A DNA stretch of 35,527 nucleotides from a virus. Its lineage: Duplodnaviria > Heunggongvirae > Uroviricota > Caudoviricetes. Under the pieces are notes generated by a model, which saw only the letters and a list, made by a program, of their open reading frames with translations, was not told the DNA's origin and did not search any database. The stretch is from IMG/VR virus record IMGVR_UViG_2654587540_000003. The stretch is one strand, 5' to 3'. A program made the translations under genes and the position numbers. Below, piece after piece: positions 7,703 through 16,199 of this stretch (position 1 is the first letter of the stretch; each line of letters opens with the position of its first letter).

Positions 7703-8644
7703 ATGAGCACTAAATTAACCGGCTATGTATGGGATGGTTGCGCAGCGTCAGGCATGAAATTATCCAGCGTGGCAATTATGGCCCGCCTGGCTGATTTCAG
7801 TAATGACGAAGGTGTGTGCTGGCCATCAATTGAAACCATTGCCCGCCAGATTGGCGCGGGGATGAGTACCGTCAGAACGGCTATCGCACGGCTGGAAGCA
7901 GAAGGCTGGTTAACGCGTAAGGCGCGTCGCCAGGGTAACCGCAATGCGTCGAATGTTTATCAGCTTAACGTTGCGAAGCTTCAGGCAGCGGCATTTTCTC
8001 AACTGTCAGATTCTGACCCGTCAAAATCTGACGCATCAAAATCTGACCCGTCAAAATTTGATGCGTCGAAATCTGGCAAAAAAGCGGGTTTTCACCCGTC
8101 AGAATCTGGCGGGGATCCGTCAGTAAAATCAAAACATGATCCGTCAGATAAAAAACCTTCTCGTCCGGACGCTTCGCAACCGGACACGCAGACGGCTGAA
8201 CAGGATTTTTTAACTCGCCATCCTGATGCGGTTGTATTCAGCCCTAAAAAACGCCAGTGGGGGACGCAGGATGATTTGACCTGCGCACAGTGGCTCTGGA
8301 AAAAAATCATCGCCCTGTACGAGCAGGCTGCCGAATGTGACGGCGAGGTGGTTCGTCCCAAAGAACCGAACTGGACAGCCTGGGCAAACGAAATTCGCCT
8401 GATGTGTGTGCAGGATGGTCGTACTCACAAACAAATCTGCGAGATGTACAGCCGCGTCAGCCGCGATCCGTTCTGGTGCCGTAACGTGCTCAGCCCGTCG
8501 AAGCTGCGGGAAAAATGGGATGAGCTTTCCCTGCGCTTATCGCCGTCCGTCAGCACATACACAGAAAAACGTGAAGATCCGTACTTCAAATCCAGTTACG
8601 ACAACGTGGACTACAGCCAGATCCCGGCAGGATTCAGGGGGTGA
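7703..8644 (+). CDS. Replication initiator protein (lambda O-like; N-terminal helix-turn-helix, internal iteron-encoded linker)
   Basis: N-terminal winged-helix-like domain. Central low-complexity repeats (SDSDPSKSDASKSDPSKFDASKS) are encoded by tandem 15-bp DNA repeats. Confidence 0.7.
   Translation: MSTKLTGYVWDGCAASGMKLSSVAIMARLADFSNDEGVCWPSIETIARQIGAGMSTVRTAIARLEAEGWLTRKARRQGNRNASNVYQLNVAKLQAAAFSQLSDSDPSKSDASKSDPSKFDASKSGKKAGFHPSESGGDPSVKSKHDPSDKKPSRPDASQPDTQTAEQDFLTRHPDAVVFSPKKRQWGTQDDLTCAQWLWKKIIALYEQAAECDGEVVRPKEPNWTAWANEIRLMCVQDGRTHKQICEMYSRVSRDPFWCRNVLSPSKLREKWDELSLRLSPSVSTYTEKREDPYFKSSYDNVDYSQIPAGFRG
8003..8155 (+). repeat. Iteron array (putative phage origin) inside the initiator gene: tandem about 15-bp units TCTGACCCGTCAAAA with degenerate copies, ending in an A-rich tract
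   Basis: Units at 8012-8026, 8027-8041, 8042-8056, 8057-8071, then spaced copies of CCGTCAG through 8146, then AAAAAA. Confidence 0.55.
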
Positions 8645-9135
8645 TCATGAGTCTTTTGAATGAAGTTCAGAAATTCATTGAAGCCCATCCGGGGTGTACT
8701 TCCGGAGACATTGCGGATGCTTTTGCAGGTTACTCACGGCAGCGCGTTCTGCAGTCAGCAAGCAAGTTACGTCAGAGTGGGCGTGTGGCTCACCGTTGTG
8801 AAGGAGATACACGCAGACATTTCTCGCGCCTGACTGAGAGAGCGCAGGAGCCGGAACCACAACCAGTTCGTGAAACCAGACCTGTGCGCAAGTTCTATGT
8901 CGGCACTAACGACCCCCGGGTGATTTTGTGCCTGACCCGCCAGGCTGAAGAACTGGAGTCGAGGGGCTTATACCGTCGTGCTGCAACGGTGTGGATGGCG
9001 GCATTCCGTGAAAGCCACTCCCAGCCAGAACGAAACAATTTTCTGGCGCGTCGTGAACGGTGTTTACGGAAAAGCAGTAAGCGGGCTGCATCAGGTGAAG
9101 AGTGGTATCTCTCAGGGAATTACGTGGGGGCTTAA
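8641..9135 (+). CDS. PerC-family-like regulator (tentative)
   Basis: C-terminal segment AEELESRGLYRRAATVWMAAF resembles PerC/Pch prophage regulators. Translationally coupled to its neighbours. Confidence 0.35.
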   Translation: MIMSLLNEVQKFIEAHPGCTSGDIADAFAGYSRQRVLQSASKLRQSGRVAHRCEGDTRRHFSRLTERAQEPEPQPVRETRPVRKFYVGTNDPRVILCLTRQAEELESRGLYRRAATVWMAAFRESHSQPERNNFLARRERCLRKSSKRAASGEEWYLSGNYVGA

Positions 9136-9788
9136 TGAGTAATAAATATTGCCAGGCGCTGGCGGAACTGCGGAACAAACCAGCCCATGAACTGAAGGAA
9201 GTGGGCGATCAGTGGCGCACGCCGGACAACATTTTCTGGGGAATTAACACCCTGTTTGGCCCGTTTGTTCTGGATCTGTTCACTGACGGTGATAACGCCA
9301 AATGTGCTGCGTATTACACGGCGGAAGACAACGCGCTGGCGCATGACTGGTCAGAACGCCTTGCGGAGCTTAAAGGTGCTGCCTTTGGTAATCCCCCATA
9401 CAGCCGCGCCAGTCAGCATGAGGGGCAATACATCACCGGCATGCGTTACATCATGAAGCATGCCAGTGCCATGCGTGATAAAGGCGGGCGCTATGTTTTC
9501 CTGATCAAAGCTGCCACCAGCGAAGTGTGGTGGCCGGAAGATGCAGATCATATTGCTTTTATTCGCGGGCGTATTGGTTTTGAACTGCCTGCCTGGTTTA
9601 TCCCGAAGGATGAGAAGCAGGTGCCGACAGGCGCTTTCTTCGCTGGTGCTATTGCTGTTTTCGACAAGACCTGGAAGGGACCGGCAATCAGCTACATCGG
9701 GCGCGATGAACTTGAGGCATGTGGTGAGGCCTTTCTGGCGCAGGTTCGCCAGCAGGCAGAAAAACTGGTCAGGGAGATGGCGGCATGA
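9135..9788 (+). CDS. Phage N6-adenine DNA methyltransferase (Dam-like, orphan)
   Basis: NPPY motif (AFGNPPYSRA) in the translation from MSNKYCQALAEL. Start overlaps the upstream stop (TAATG). Confidence 0.75.
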   Translation: MSNKYCQALAELRNKPAHELKEVGDQWRTPDNIFWGINTLFGPFVLDLFTDGDNAKCAAYYTAEDNALAHDWSERLAELKGAAFGNPPYSRASQHEGQYITGMRYIMKHASAMRDKGGRYVFLIKAATSEVWWPEDADHIAFIRGRIGFELPAWFIPKDEKQVPTGAFFAGAIAVFDKTWKGPAISYIGRDELEACGEAFLAQVRQQAEKLVREMAA

Positions 9789-10111
9789 CGACGTTAACTC
9801 AATGCCAGCAGCAGGTGCTGGATATGCTGATTTCTTATCAGAAAGAACGTGGCTTCCCGCCAACCAATCAGGAGGTGGCAACCATGCTGGGATACCGTTC
9901 AGTGAATGCAGCGGTGGAGCATCTTCGCGCACTGGAGAAAAAAGGCGTCATCACGATAAAGCGTGGCGTGGCCCGGGGCATCACGCTTCATACCGCGGTG
10001 AAGGACGACGACAGCGAGGCGGTCGGGATTATCCGCGCACTGCTTGCCGGTGAGGCAAACGCCAGGCTGCGTGCAGCCCACTGGTTACATGAGAGGGGCC
10101 TGAAAGTATGA
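9785..10111 (+). CDS. LexA-N-terminal-like DNA-binding protein (winged helix only, no peptidase domain)
   Basis: QQQVLDMLISYQKERGFPPTNQEVATMLGYRSVNAAVEHLRALEKKGVI resembles the LexA DNA-binding domain. Confidence 0.5.
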   Translation: MTTLTQCQQQVLDMLISYQKERGFPPTNQEVATMLGYRSVNAAVEHLRALEKKGVITIKRGVARGITLHTAVKDDDSEAVGIIRALLAGEANARLRAAHWLHERGLKV

Positions 10112-10497
10112 AGCTAATACTGCCTTTTCCGCCCAGCGTGAACACGTACTGGCGACACCCCAACAAAGGGGCGCTTGCAGGTAAGAGCCTGATAAGCGCG
10201 GCGGGGCGAAAATTCCAGAGCGCAGCGTGTGCAGCCATCATTGAGCAGTTACGTCGTTTGCCGAAACCAACGTCGGCACCAGCTTCAGTGGAGATCGTGT
10301 TGTTTCCTCCGGATAACCGGCTTCGCGATCTGGACAACTATAACAAGGCGCTGTTTGACGCCCTGACCCACGCGGGTGTGTGGGTGGACGACAGCCAGGT
10401 GAAAAGAATGCTGGTGGAGTGGGGGCCGGTTATCCCGGAAGGGAAGGTCGAAATCACTATCAGTAAGTACGAGAAAACGGCGGGTGCAGCCGCCTGA
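10108..10497 (+). CDS. rusA: RusA-family Holliday junction resolvase
   Basis: MKLILPFPPSVNTYWR...DLDNYNKALFDALTHAGVWVDDSQV is characteristic of RusA. Confidence 0.85.
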   Translation: MKLILPFPPSVNTYWRHPNKGALAGKSLISAAGRKFQSAACAAIIEQLRRLPKPTSAPASVEIVLFPPDNRLRDLDNYNKALFDALTHAGVWVDDSQVKRMLVEWGPVIPEGKVEITISKYEKTAGAAA

Positions 10498-10516
10498 TTA
10501 AGAGGAGAAACGAAGT

Positions 10517-11326
10517 ATGAATAATCTGATGGTTATTGATGGTATTGAAGTTCGTCGTGATGCTTATGGGCGTTACAGCCTGAACGATCTGCATCGCGCA
10601 GCAGTAGCATCTGGTGCAAATGCCAGAACCAAGGAGCCAGGAAAGTTTCTTTCCAGCCAACAAACTGTTGAGCTTGTTCATGAATTAACCAACACCCAGA
10701 ATTTGGGTGTTGACCCGGTGAGTGTGATTCATGGGGGAAATGAACGGGGAACGTATGTCTGTAAGGAACTGGTGTATGCCTATGCAATGTGGATCAGCCC
10801 GTCATTCCATCTGAAGGTGATCCGTACTTTCGATATGGTAACCAGCGCACCGGAAAAATTATCCGGACAGGCTGCTGACAAGATGCAGGCTGGCGTGATT
10901 CTGCTGGACTTTATGCGCCGGGAGTTAAATCTGTCTAACTCATCTGTGCTTGGGGCCTGTCAGAAACTCCAGGAGGCTGTTGGCTTACCGAATCTGGCAC
11001 CGCGCTATGCCATTGATGCACCTGCTGACGCGCCTGATGGCTCAAGCCGCCCCACGCTGTCGCTGAGTGCACTGCTGAAGCAGTATGGTATCCGCCTGAC
11101 GGCTAATCAGGCATATCACCAGATGGTGAAGCTGGGGATCGTCGAGCAGCGCGAACGATACAGCCGTACCGGGATTAACAACATCAAAAAATTCTGGTCG
11201 CTGACGGCGAAAGGCTGCATGTTCGGCAAGAACATCACCAGTCCCGCAAATCCGCGTGAGACGCAGCCGCATTTCTTCGAATCCCGATTCCCTGAGCTGT
11301 TAAAGCTGCTCGATACCGTTCATTGA
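10517..11326 (+). CDS. KilA-N domain protein (antirepressor-like)
   Basis: N-terminal KilA-N-like region (IEVRRDAYGRYSLNDLHRAA...YVCKELVYAYAMWISPSFHLKVI). Confidence 0.65.
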   Translation: MNNLMVIDGIEVRRDAYGRYSLNDLHRAAVASGANARTKEPGKFLSSQQTVELVHELTNTQNLGVDPVSVIHGGNERGTYVCKELVYAYAMWISPSFHLKVIRTFDMVTSAPEKLSGQAADKMQAGVILLDFMRRELNLSNSSVLGACQKLQEAVGLPNLAPRYAIDAPADAPDGSSRPTLSLSALLKQYGIRLTANQAYHQMVKLGIVEQRERYSRTGINNIKKFWSLTAKGCMFGKNITSPANPRETQPHFFESRFPELLKLLDTVH

Positions 11327-11327
11327 G

Positions 11328-12323
11328 GTGACCGTGAGAGCACTACTGACCCCTGAAATAGCCCCGCGTATGGGGATTGTATTGTTCAGACCAGGTTCAG
11401 AGCTGATGCCCCTGTTTATGCAGGGGCGTGTCCTGCTGGAGCCTGAGCCGGAACGTTATTCATCTTTCGCCAGTGGTGCCGTTCCGGCGGCATCACAACC
11501 GCTGGCGGATGATCCTGCCGTTAGGGCCGTGTTCCGCAATGAGGCAGTGATCCGTCGTGCTGGTGGCGTGGAATGTCTTGAAAGCTGGTTACTTCGTGAA
11601 AAAGGCTGCCAGTGGCCTCATTCCGACTGGCACAGCGAGAACATGACCACAATGCGACACGCGCCGGGCGCGATCCGTCTGTGCTGGCACTGCGATAACC
11701 AGCTGCGCGATCAGTTCACGGAACGGCTGGAATCAATGGCAACGGATAACTGTGCCCGCTGGGTGTTGTCTGTAGTCCGTCGGGATCTCGGTTTTGATGA
11801 TAACCATGCCGTGACAATGCCGGAACTGTGCTGGTGGCTGATTCGTAATGACCTGGCGGATGCCTTACCGGAAAGTGCAGCCCGTAAGGCACTGAGATTA
11901 CCGAAGCCTGTTGTGCCGTCTGTCACCCGGGAAAGTGACCTTGTGCCTTCGGTTCCTGCCACCAGCATCATCCAGGATAAGGCGAAAAAGGTGCTGGCGC
12001 TGAAAGTGGATCCGGAGTCGCCGGAGTCTTTTATGTTACGCCCAAAACGCCGCCGCTGGGTTAATGAAAAGTACACGCGCTGGGTTAAGACACAGCCGTG
12101 TGCATGTTGTGGAAAGCCTGCTGATGATCCCCACCACCTGATAGGCCACGGTCAGGGTGGAATGGGTACAAAAGCGCATGACCTCTTTGTGTTGCCTTTG
12201 TGCAGAAAGCATCACGACGAGCTGCATGCGGATACCGTGGCATTTGAAGAGAAGTATGGCTCTCAGCTGGAGCTGATATTTCGTTTTATCGATCGTGCGC
12301 TGGCAATTGGCGTATTGGCGTAA
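11328..12323 (+). CDS. Nin-region protein with C-terminal HNH-like Zn-finger nuclease motif (DUF968/YbcO-like)
   Basis: C-terminus CACCGKPADDPHHLIGHGQGG...LCRKHHDELH. Start codon uncertain (GTG at 11328 or 11334). Confidence 0.45.
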   Translation: MTVRALLTPEIAPRMGIVLFRPGSELMPLFMQGRVLLEPEPERYSSFASGAVPAASQPLADDPAVRAVFRNEAVIRRAGGVECLESWLLREKGCQWPHSDWHSENMTTMRHAPGAIRLCWHCDNQLRDQFTERLESMATDNCARWVLSVVRRDLGFDDNHAVTMPELCWWLIRNDLADALPESAARKALRLPKPVVPSVTRESDLVPSVPATSIIQDKAKKVLALKVDPESPESFMLRPKRRRWVNEKYTRWVKTQPCACCGKPADDPHHLIGHGQGGMGTKAHDLFVLPLCRKHHDELHADTVAFEEKYGSQLELIFRFIDRALAIGVLA

Positions 12324-12336
12324 GTGGAGAACGAGC

Positions 12337-13089
12337 ATGAACCTTGAAGCCTTACCAAAATATTACTCCCCAAAATCTCCAAAATTGAGCGATGACGCAC
12401 CGGCGACAGGCTCAGGTGGTTTAACGATTACGGATGTGATGGCTGCGCAGGGGATGGTGCAGTCGAAAGCACCGCTTGGGTTTGCCTTATTCCTGGCAAA
12501 AGTTGGTGTTCAGGATCCTCAATTTGCGATTGAAGGTCTGCTCAATTACGCGATGGCACTGGATAAGCCGACATTGAACAAATTGAGTGAAGAAACCCGG
12601 TTACAGATCATCCCTTACCTTGTGAATTTTGCCTTTGCTGATTATTCCAGGTCTGCGGCAAGTAAGGCTCGCTGTGAGCATTGTGCTGGTACTGGATTTC
12701 ATAATGTATTGCGCGAAGTGGTGAAACACTCCAGAAGCGGGGAATCTGTTATCAAGGAAGAGTGGGTGAAGGAACTATGTCAGCATTGTCATGGTAAGGG
12801 AGAAGTCAGCACAGCGTGCAGAGGGTGTAAGGGTAAAGGTATTGTCCTGGATGAAAAAAGGACCCGGCTTCATGGCACGCCTGTTTATAAGATTTGTGGG
12901 CGTTGCAATGGAAACCGGTTTAGCCGTTTACCAACCACACTGGCGCGGCATCATGTCCAGAAGCTGGTACCAGACCTGACGGATTATCAGTGGTACAAAG
13001 GATATGCAGATGTCATTGATAAACTGGTTACAAAGTGCTGGCAGGAAGAAGCATATGCAGAGATACAATTGAGAAAGGTGACAAGATAA
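12337..13089 (+). CDS. Late-gene antiterminator Q-like protein with four CxxCxGxG zinc-finger repeats
   Basis: Sits immediately upstream of a sigma70-like late promoter and terminator and the lysis cassette. Contains CEHCAGTG, CQHCHGKG, CRGCKGKG and CGRCNGNR. GGAGAA ribosome-binding site. Confidence 0.6.
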   Translation: MNLEALPKYYSPKSPKLSDDAPATGSGGLTITDVMAAQGMVQSKAPLGFALFLAKVGVQDPQFAIEGLLNYAMALDKPTLNKLSEETRLQIIPYLVNFAFADYSRSAASKARCEHCAGTGFHNVLREVVKHSRSGESVIKEEWVKELCQHCHGKGEVSTACRGCKGKGIVLDEKRTRLHGTPVYKICGRCNGNRFSRLPTTLARHHVQKLVPDLTDYQWYKGYADVIDKLVTKCWQEEAYAEIQLRKVTR

Positions 13090-13120
13090 ATGGTTTTCGC
13101 CGAAGATGACGACATGATGC

Positions 13121-13149
13121 TTGCATTTTTCAAAAAATATGGATAAGAT
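13121..13149 (+). promoter_or_regulatory. Putative late promoter PR' (-35 TTGCAT, 17-bp spacer, -10 TAAGAT)
   Basis: Good sigma70 match placed between Q and a strong terminator, as in lambda PR'/qut. Confidence 0.5.
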
Positions 13150-13196
13150 TTTCCCAACGATGGGCTTTGTATGTCTACCGTTGATAAGATTTAGGA

Positions 13197-13220
13197 ACCC
13201 GCCACTGAGCGGGTTTTTTG
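13197..13220 (+). terminator. tR'-like rho-independent terminator downstream of the late promoter
   Basis: ACCCGCcactgaGCGGGTtttttt. Confidence 0.7.
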
Positions 13221-13341
13221 TACCTGTAAACTTGGTGCAGTACAGTAAACACGCTGGTGGTCGTGAATACTGACTTTTTATCTTGCTGGATTTTTAGACA
13301 AGGGTTATTGGTATGTCATGTTAACCAGAAGGGAAAAAGAC

Positions 13342-13545
13342 ATGCTAAAACAGCAAGATATGACAGAAACCGCCGCCGCAGTCCTTCATTTCTTACCTGC
13401 TGACAAGTGGGTAACGCCACGCATGATGACGAGAACTACCGGAGTAAGCGAAGCCCGGTGCCAGTTAATACTGACTCAGTTAGTTCTGGCGGGTCTGGCG
13501 AAGGATAACGGCGGGTACGGGAATAAATTCAGACGCTGCCAGTAA
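13342..13545 (+). CDS. Small hypothetical protein, possible helix-turn-helix; first ORF of the late transcript
   Basis: AAGGGA ribosome-binding site before ATG 13342. An upstream in-frame ATG at 13318 is an alternative start. Confidence 0.4.
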   Translation: MLKQQDMTETAAAVLHFLPADKWVTPRMMTRTTGVSEARCQLILTQLVLAGLAKDNGGYGNKFRRCQ

Positions 13546-13695
13546 TGGCGGTTTCCTGCTGTGAAAATGGGCGGCTGGTGGGTGTTGGTAGCACCTGCCA
13601 GCCATTCGCTCATGCTTACTGGTCACAAGCGAACCACGGCCCACTGCTTTAGCGCAAAAGCAGAGTGAGCCTACCAGAGTTACGCTTACTGATCC

Positions 13696-14748
13696 ATGAA
13701 AAATACTGTAAAAATAAACAGTGTTGATTTAATCAACGCTGATTGCCTGCATTTTATTCAGTCCCTGCCTGATGATTCCATTGACCTGATTGTTACCGAT
13801 CCGCCTTACTTCAAGGTGAAACCTAACGGTTGGGACAATCAGTGGAAAGGGGACGAAGATTACCTTAAGTGGCTGGACCACTGTCTGGCCCAGTTCTGGC
13901 GGGTGTTGAAACCTGCCGGAAGCCTTTACCTGTTCTGTGGGCATCGCCTGGCATCTGATATTGAGATCATGATGCGTGAACGTTTCAACGTGCTTAACCA
14001 TATCATCTGGGCGAAGCCGTCCGGACGTTGGAATGGGTGTAATAAAGAAAGTCTGCGCGCATATTTTCCTGCCACAGAGCGCGTTCTGTTTGCTGAACAT
14101 TACCAGGGGCCATATCGCGGCAAAAGTGACGGCTATGCGGCAAAAGAAAGGGAACTCAAACAGCACATAATGGCACCGCTGATATCGTATTTCAGGGATG
14201 CTCGTGCCGAACTGGGTATAACGGCAAAACAAATTGCCGAAGCCACAGGTAAGAAAAATATGGTTTCCCACTGGTTTGGTGCCAGTCAGTGGCAGTTGCC
14301 GAATGAGGCTGACTATCGGAAGTTACAGGCACTGTTTTCCCGTATAGCGGCAGAGAAGTTTCAGGAACAACAACTGGAACAACCACACCACCAGCTGGTG
14401 GCATCTTATGATTCACTGAATCGCAAATATTCTGAATTGCTGGATGAGTTTAAATCTCTCCGGCGCTATTTCTCCGTATCAGTCTCCGTGCCTTATACCG
14501 ATGTCTGGACGCATAAGCCCGTTCAGTTCTACCCGGGTAAACATCCGTGCGAGAAACCGGCGGATATGCTCCGGCAAATAATCAATGCCAGTAGTCGACC
14601 TGGTGATCTGGTTGCTGATTTCTTTATGGGATCCGGTTCCACAATAAAAGCAGCAATGGCGCTGGGGCGTCGGGCGTTAGGTGTTGAACTTGAGTCAGAG
14701 CGGTTTAATCAGACGGTGAAAGAGGTAAGTGAACTGGTGGGGAAATAA
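13696..14748 (+). CDS. DNA methyltransferase (N6-adenine/N4-cytosine family, DPPY motif; orphan)
   Basis: IVTDPPYF motif and a C-terminal AdoMet-binding FFMGSGST segment. Confidence 0.8.
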   Translation: MKNTVKINSVDLINADCLHFIQSLPDDSIDLIVTDPPYFKVKPNGWDNQWKGDEDYLKWLDHCLAQFWRVLKPAGSLYLFCGHRLASDIEIMMRERFNVLNHIIWAKPSGRWNGCNKESLRAYFPATERVLFAEHYQGPYRGKSDGYAAKERELKQHIMAPLISYFRDARAELGITAKQIAEATGKKNMVSHWFGASQWQLPNEADYRKLQALFSRIAAEKFQEQQLEQPHHQLVASYDSLNRKYSELLDEFKSLRRYFSVSVSVPYTDVWTHKPVQFYPGKHPCEKPADMLRQIINASSRPGDLVADFFMGSGSTIKAAMALGRRALGVELESERFNQTVKEVSELVGK

Positions 14749-14824
14749 TTCTGGTGGCCACGTTGCGTGGCCTTTTTATTTCCAACACAGCACCCGCAAA
14801 TATCGCGAGGTGAGAGATGACGAA

Positions 14825-15160
14825 ATGCCTCATAACCCAAATACCTGGCCGGACTGGCTGGAGTTGTTTCAGAGCTGGTGGCGTGGAGACACACCGCTGG
14901 GTGCAGTGATTATGTCGATCGTTATGGCTGGTTTGCGCATCGCCTATTTTGGCGGTGGTGGTGGCTGGAAGCGAAAAACGCTCGAGATTTTGCTATGTGG
15001 CGCTCTGACGCTGACCTTTGCATCCGCTCTTGAATATGTCGGATGGCCTAAATCGCTTTCTGTTGCCATTGGTGGTGGCGTGGGGCTGATCGGTGTCGAT
15101 GCTATTCGTGGGGCTGCAATGCGAGTAATCGGTAACAAATTTGGTAGCTCGAAGGAGTAA
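14825..15160 (+). CDS. Holin
   Basis: Small protein with hydrophobic transmembrane segments immediately upstream of the endolysin. GAGGTGAGAG ribosome-binding site before ATG 14825. Confidence 0.6.
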   Translation: MPHNPNTWPDWLELFQSWWRGDTPLGAVIMSIVMAGLRIAYFGGGGGWKRKTLEILLCGALTLTFASALEYVGWPKSLSVAIGGGVGLIGVDAIRGAAMRVIGNKFGSSKE

Positions 15161-15163
15161 TTT

Positions 15164-15640
15164 ATGCAGGCACTAAATTCCCAGCGTAAAGCTTTCCTGG
15201 ATATGGTGGCATGGTCAGAAGGAACGGATAACGGGCGACAACCGACACGTAACCACGGTTATGATGTTATTGTTGGTGGCGAACTGTTCACTGATTACTC
15301 CGATCACCCTCGCAAACTTGTCACGCTAAACCCCAAACTCAAATCAACAGCTGCCGGACGTTACCAGCTTCTTTCACGCTGGTGGGATGCTTACCGTAAA
15401 CAGCTTGGCCTGAAAGATTTTTCTCCAGAAAGCCAGGACGCTGTAGCTCTGCAGCAGATTAAAGAGCGTGGTGCTTTACCGATGATTGACCGCGGCAGTA
15501 TTCGTCAGGCAATCGACCGTTGCAGCAATATCTGGGCGTCGTTACCTGGTGCAGGTTACGGTCAGTATGAACATAAAATCGGTGACCTGATTGCCCGATT
15601 TAAAAAAGCTGGTGGGGTAGTAAATGAAGCTGAGATATAA
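15164..15640 (+). CDS. Endolysin, lambda R-type lytic transglycosylase
   Basis: Translation is near-identical in pattern to lambda R (QRKAFLDM.AWSEGTDNGRQ.TRNHGYDVIVGGELFTDYSDHPRKLVTLNPKLKST.AGRYQLLSRWWDAYRKQLGLKDFSP). Confidence 0.9.
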   Translation: MQALNSQRKAFLDMVAWSEGTDNGRQPTRNHGYDVIVGGELFTDYSDHPRKLVTLNPKLKSTAAGRYQLLSRWWDAYRKQLGLKDFSPESQDAVALQQIKERGALPMIDRGSIRQAIDRCSNIWASLPGAGYGQYEHKIGDLIARFKKAGGVVNEAEI

Positions 15641-16016
15641 GCTGGTTATTGTTGCCTTCGTTGTTAGCGTCATTGGTTCCTTCATCTGGTCTACCGGGCA
15701 TTACTACAGCAAATATCAGCACGAAAAGGAGCGTGCTGATGAGGCTGTACGAAATGCTGAATCAGCAACTGCCATTACCCGTAACGTTCTGCAATCACTG
15801 CAAATCATCAATACAGTTATAGAGGCTAACCAGCATGCAAAACAGCAGATCGCACTGGAGTCACAGAGAACCCAGGAAGATATCAAAGTGGCTGTTGCGG
15901 ATGATGATTGTGCTTCACGTCATGTGCCTGCTGCCGCTGCTGACCGGTTGCGGAAGTACGCGAACAGTTTACGTACCGATTCCGGCGGTACCGTTGCCAG
16001 CAAGCCTGACTACTGA
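15624..16016 (+). CDS. Rz-like i-spanin
   Basis: N-terminal transmembrane helix followed by a coiled-coil region. Overlaps the endolysin 3' end. Confidence 0.7.
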   Translation: MKLRYKLVIVAFVVSVIGSFIWSTGHYYSKYQHEKERADEAVRNAESATAITRNVLQSLQIINTVIEANQHAKQQIALESQRTQEDIKVAVADDDCASRHVPAAAADRLRKYANSLRTDSGGTVASKPDY

Positions 16017-16173
16017 AACTCCCCAGCCAGTCATTCCCGAGCCGCTGACCTATGGGGCCAGTCTGGATCTGAATGTGAGCCTGCTTTCGGCGTTGGGACA
16101 ATGCAATATTGACAAAGCGGGGATTCGAAATATCGAGATGCGCCGTAACGCTTTGCTGGCAGCAGGCAAATAG
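15901..16173 (+). CDS. Rz1-like o-spanin lipoprotein, overlapping Rz in another frame
   Basis: Lipobox LLTGC followed by a proline-rich sequence. Start codon uncertain (15901 or 15922). Confidence 0.5.
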   Translation: MMIVLHVMCLLPLLTGCGSTRTVYVPIPAVPLPASLTTETPQPVIPEPLTYGASLDLNVSLLSALGQCNIDKAGIRNIEMRRNALLAAGK

Positions 16174-16199
16174 TCCGGACAAAGAACAGGAATATATTT

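Noticed and set aside
8641-9135. Helicase loader (lambda P-like or DnaC-like) immediately after the initiator gene
   Set aside because: The 164-aa protein has no Walker motifs and instead shows a PerC-like C-terminal segment. No helicase loader is evident in the window.
9351-9932. 193-aa minus-strand ORF across the methyltransferase and LexA-like genes
   Set aside because: Overlaps two coupled plus-strand genes that have recognisable motifs; spurious open frame.
13729-14271. 180-aa minus-strand ORF antisense to the DPPY methyltransferase
   Set aside because: Antisense to a gene with clear catalytic motifs; composition looks like frame-shadow sequence.
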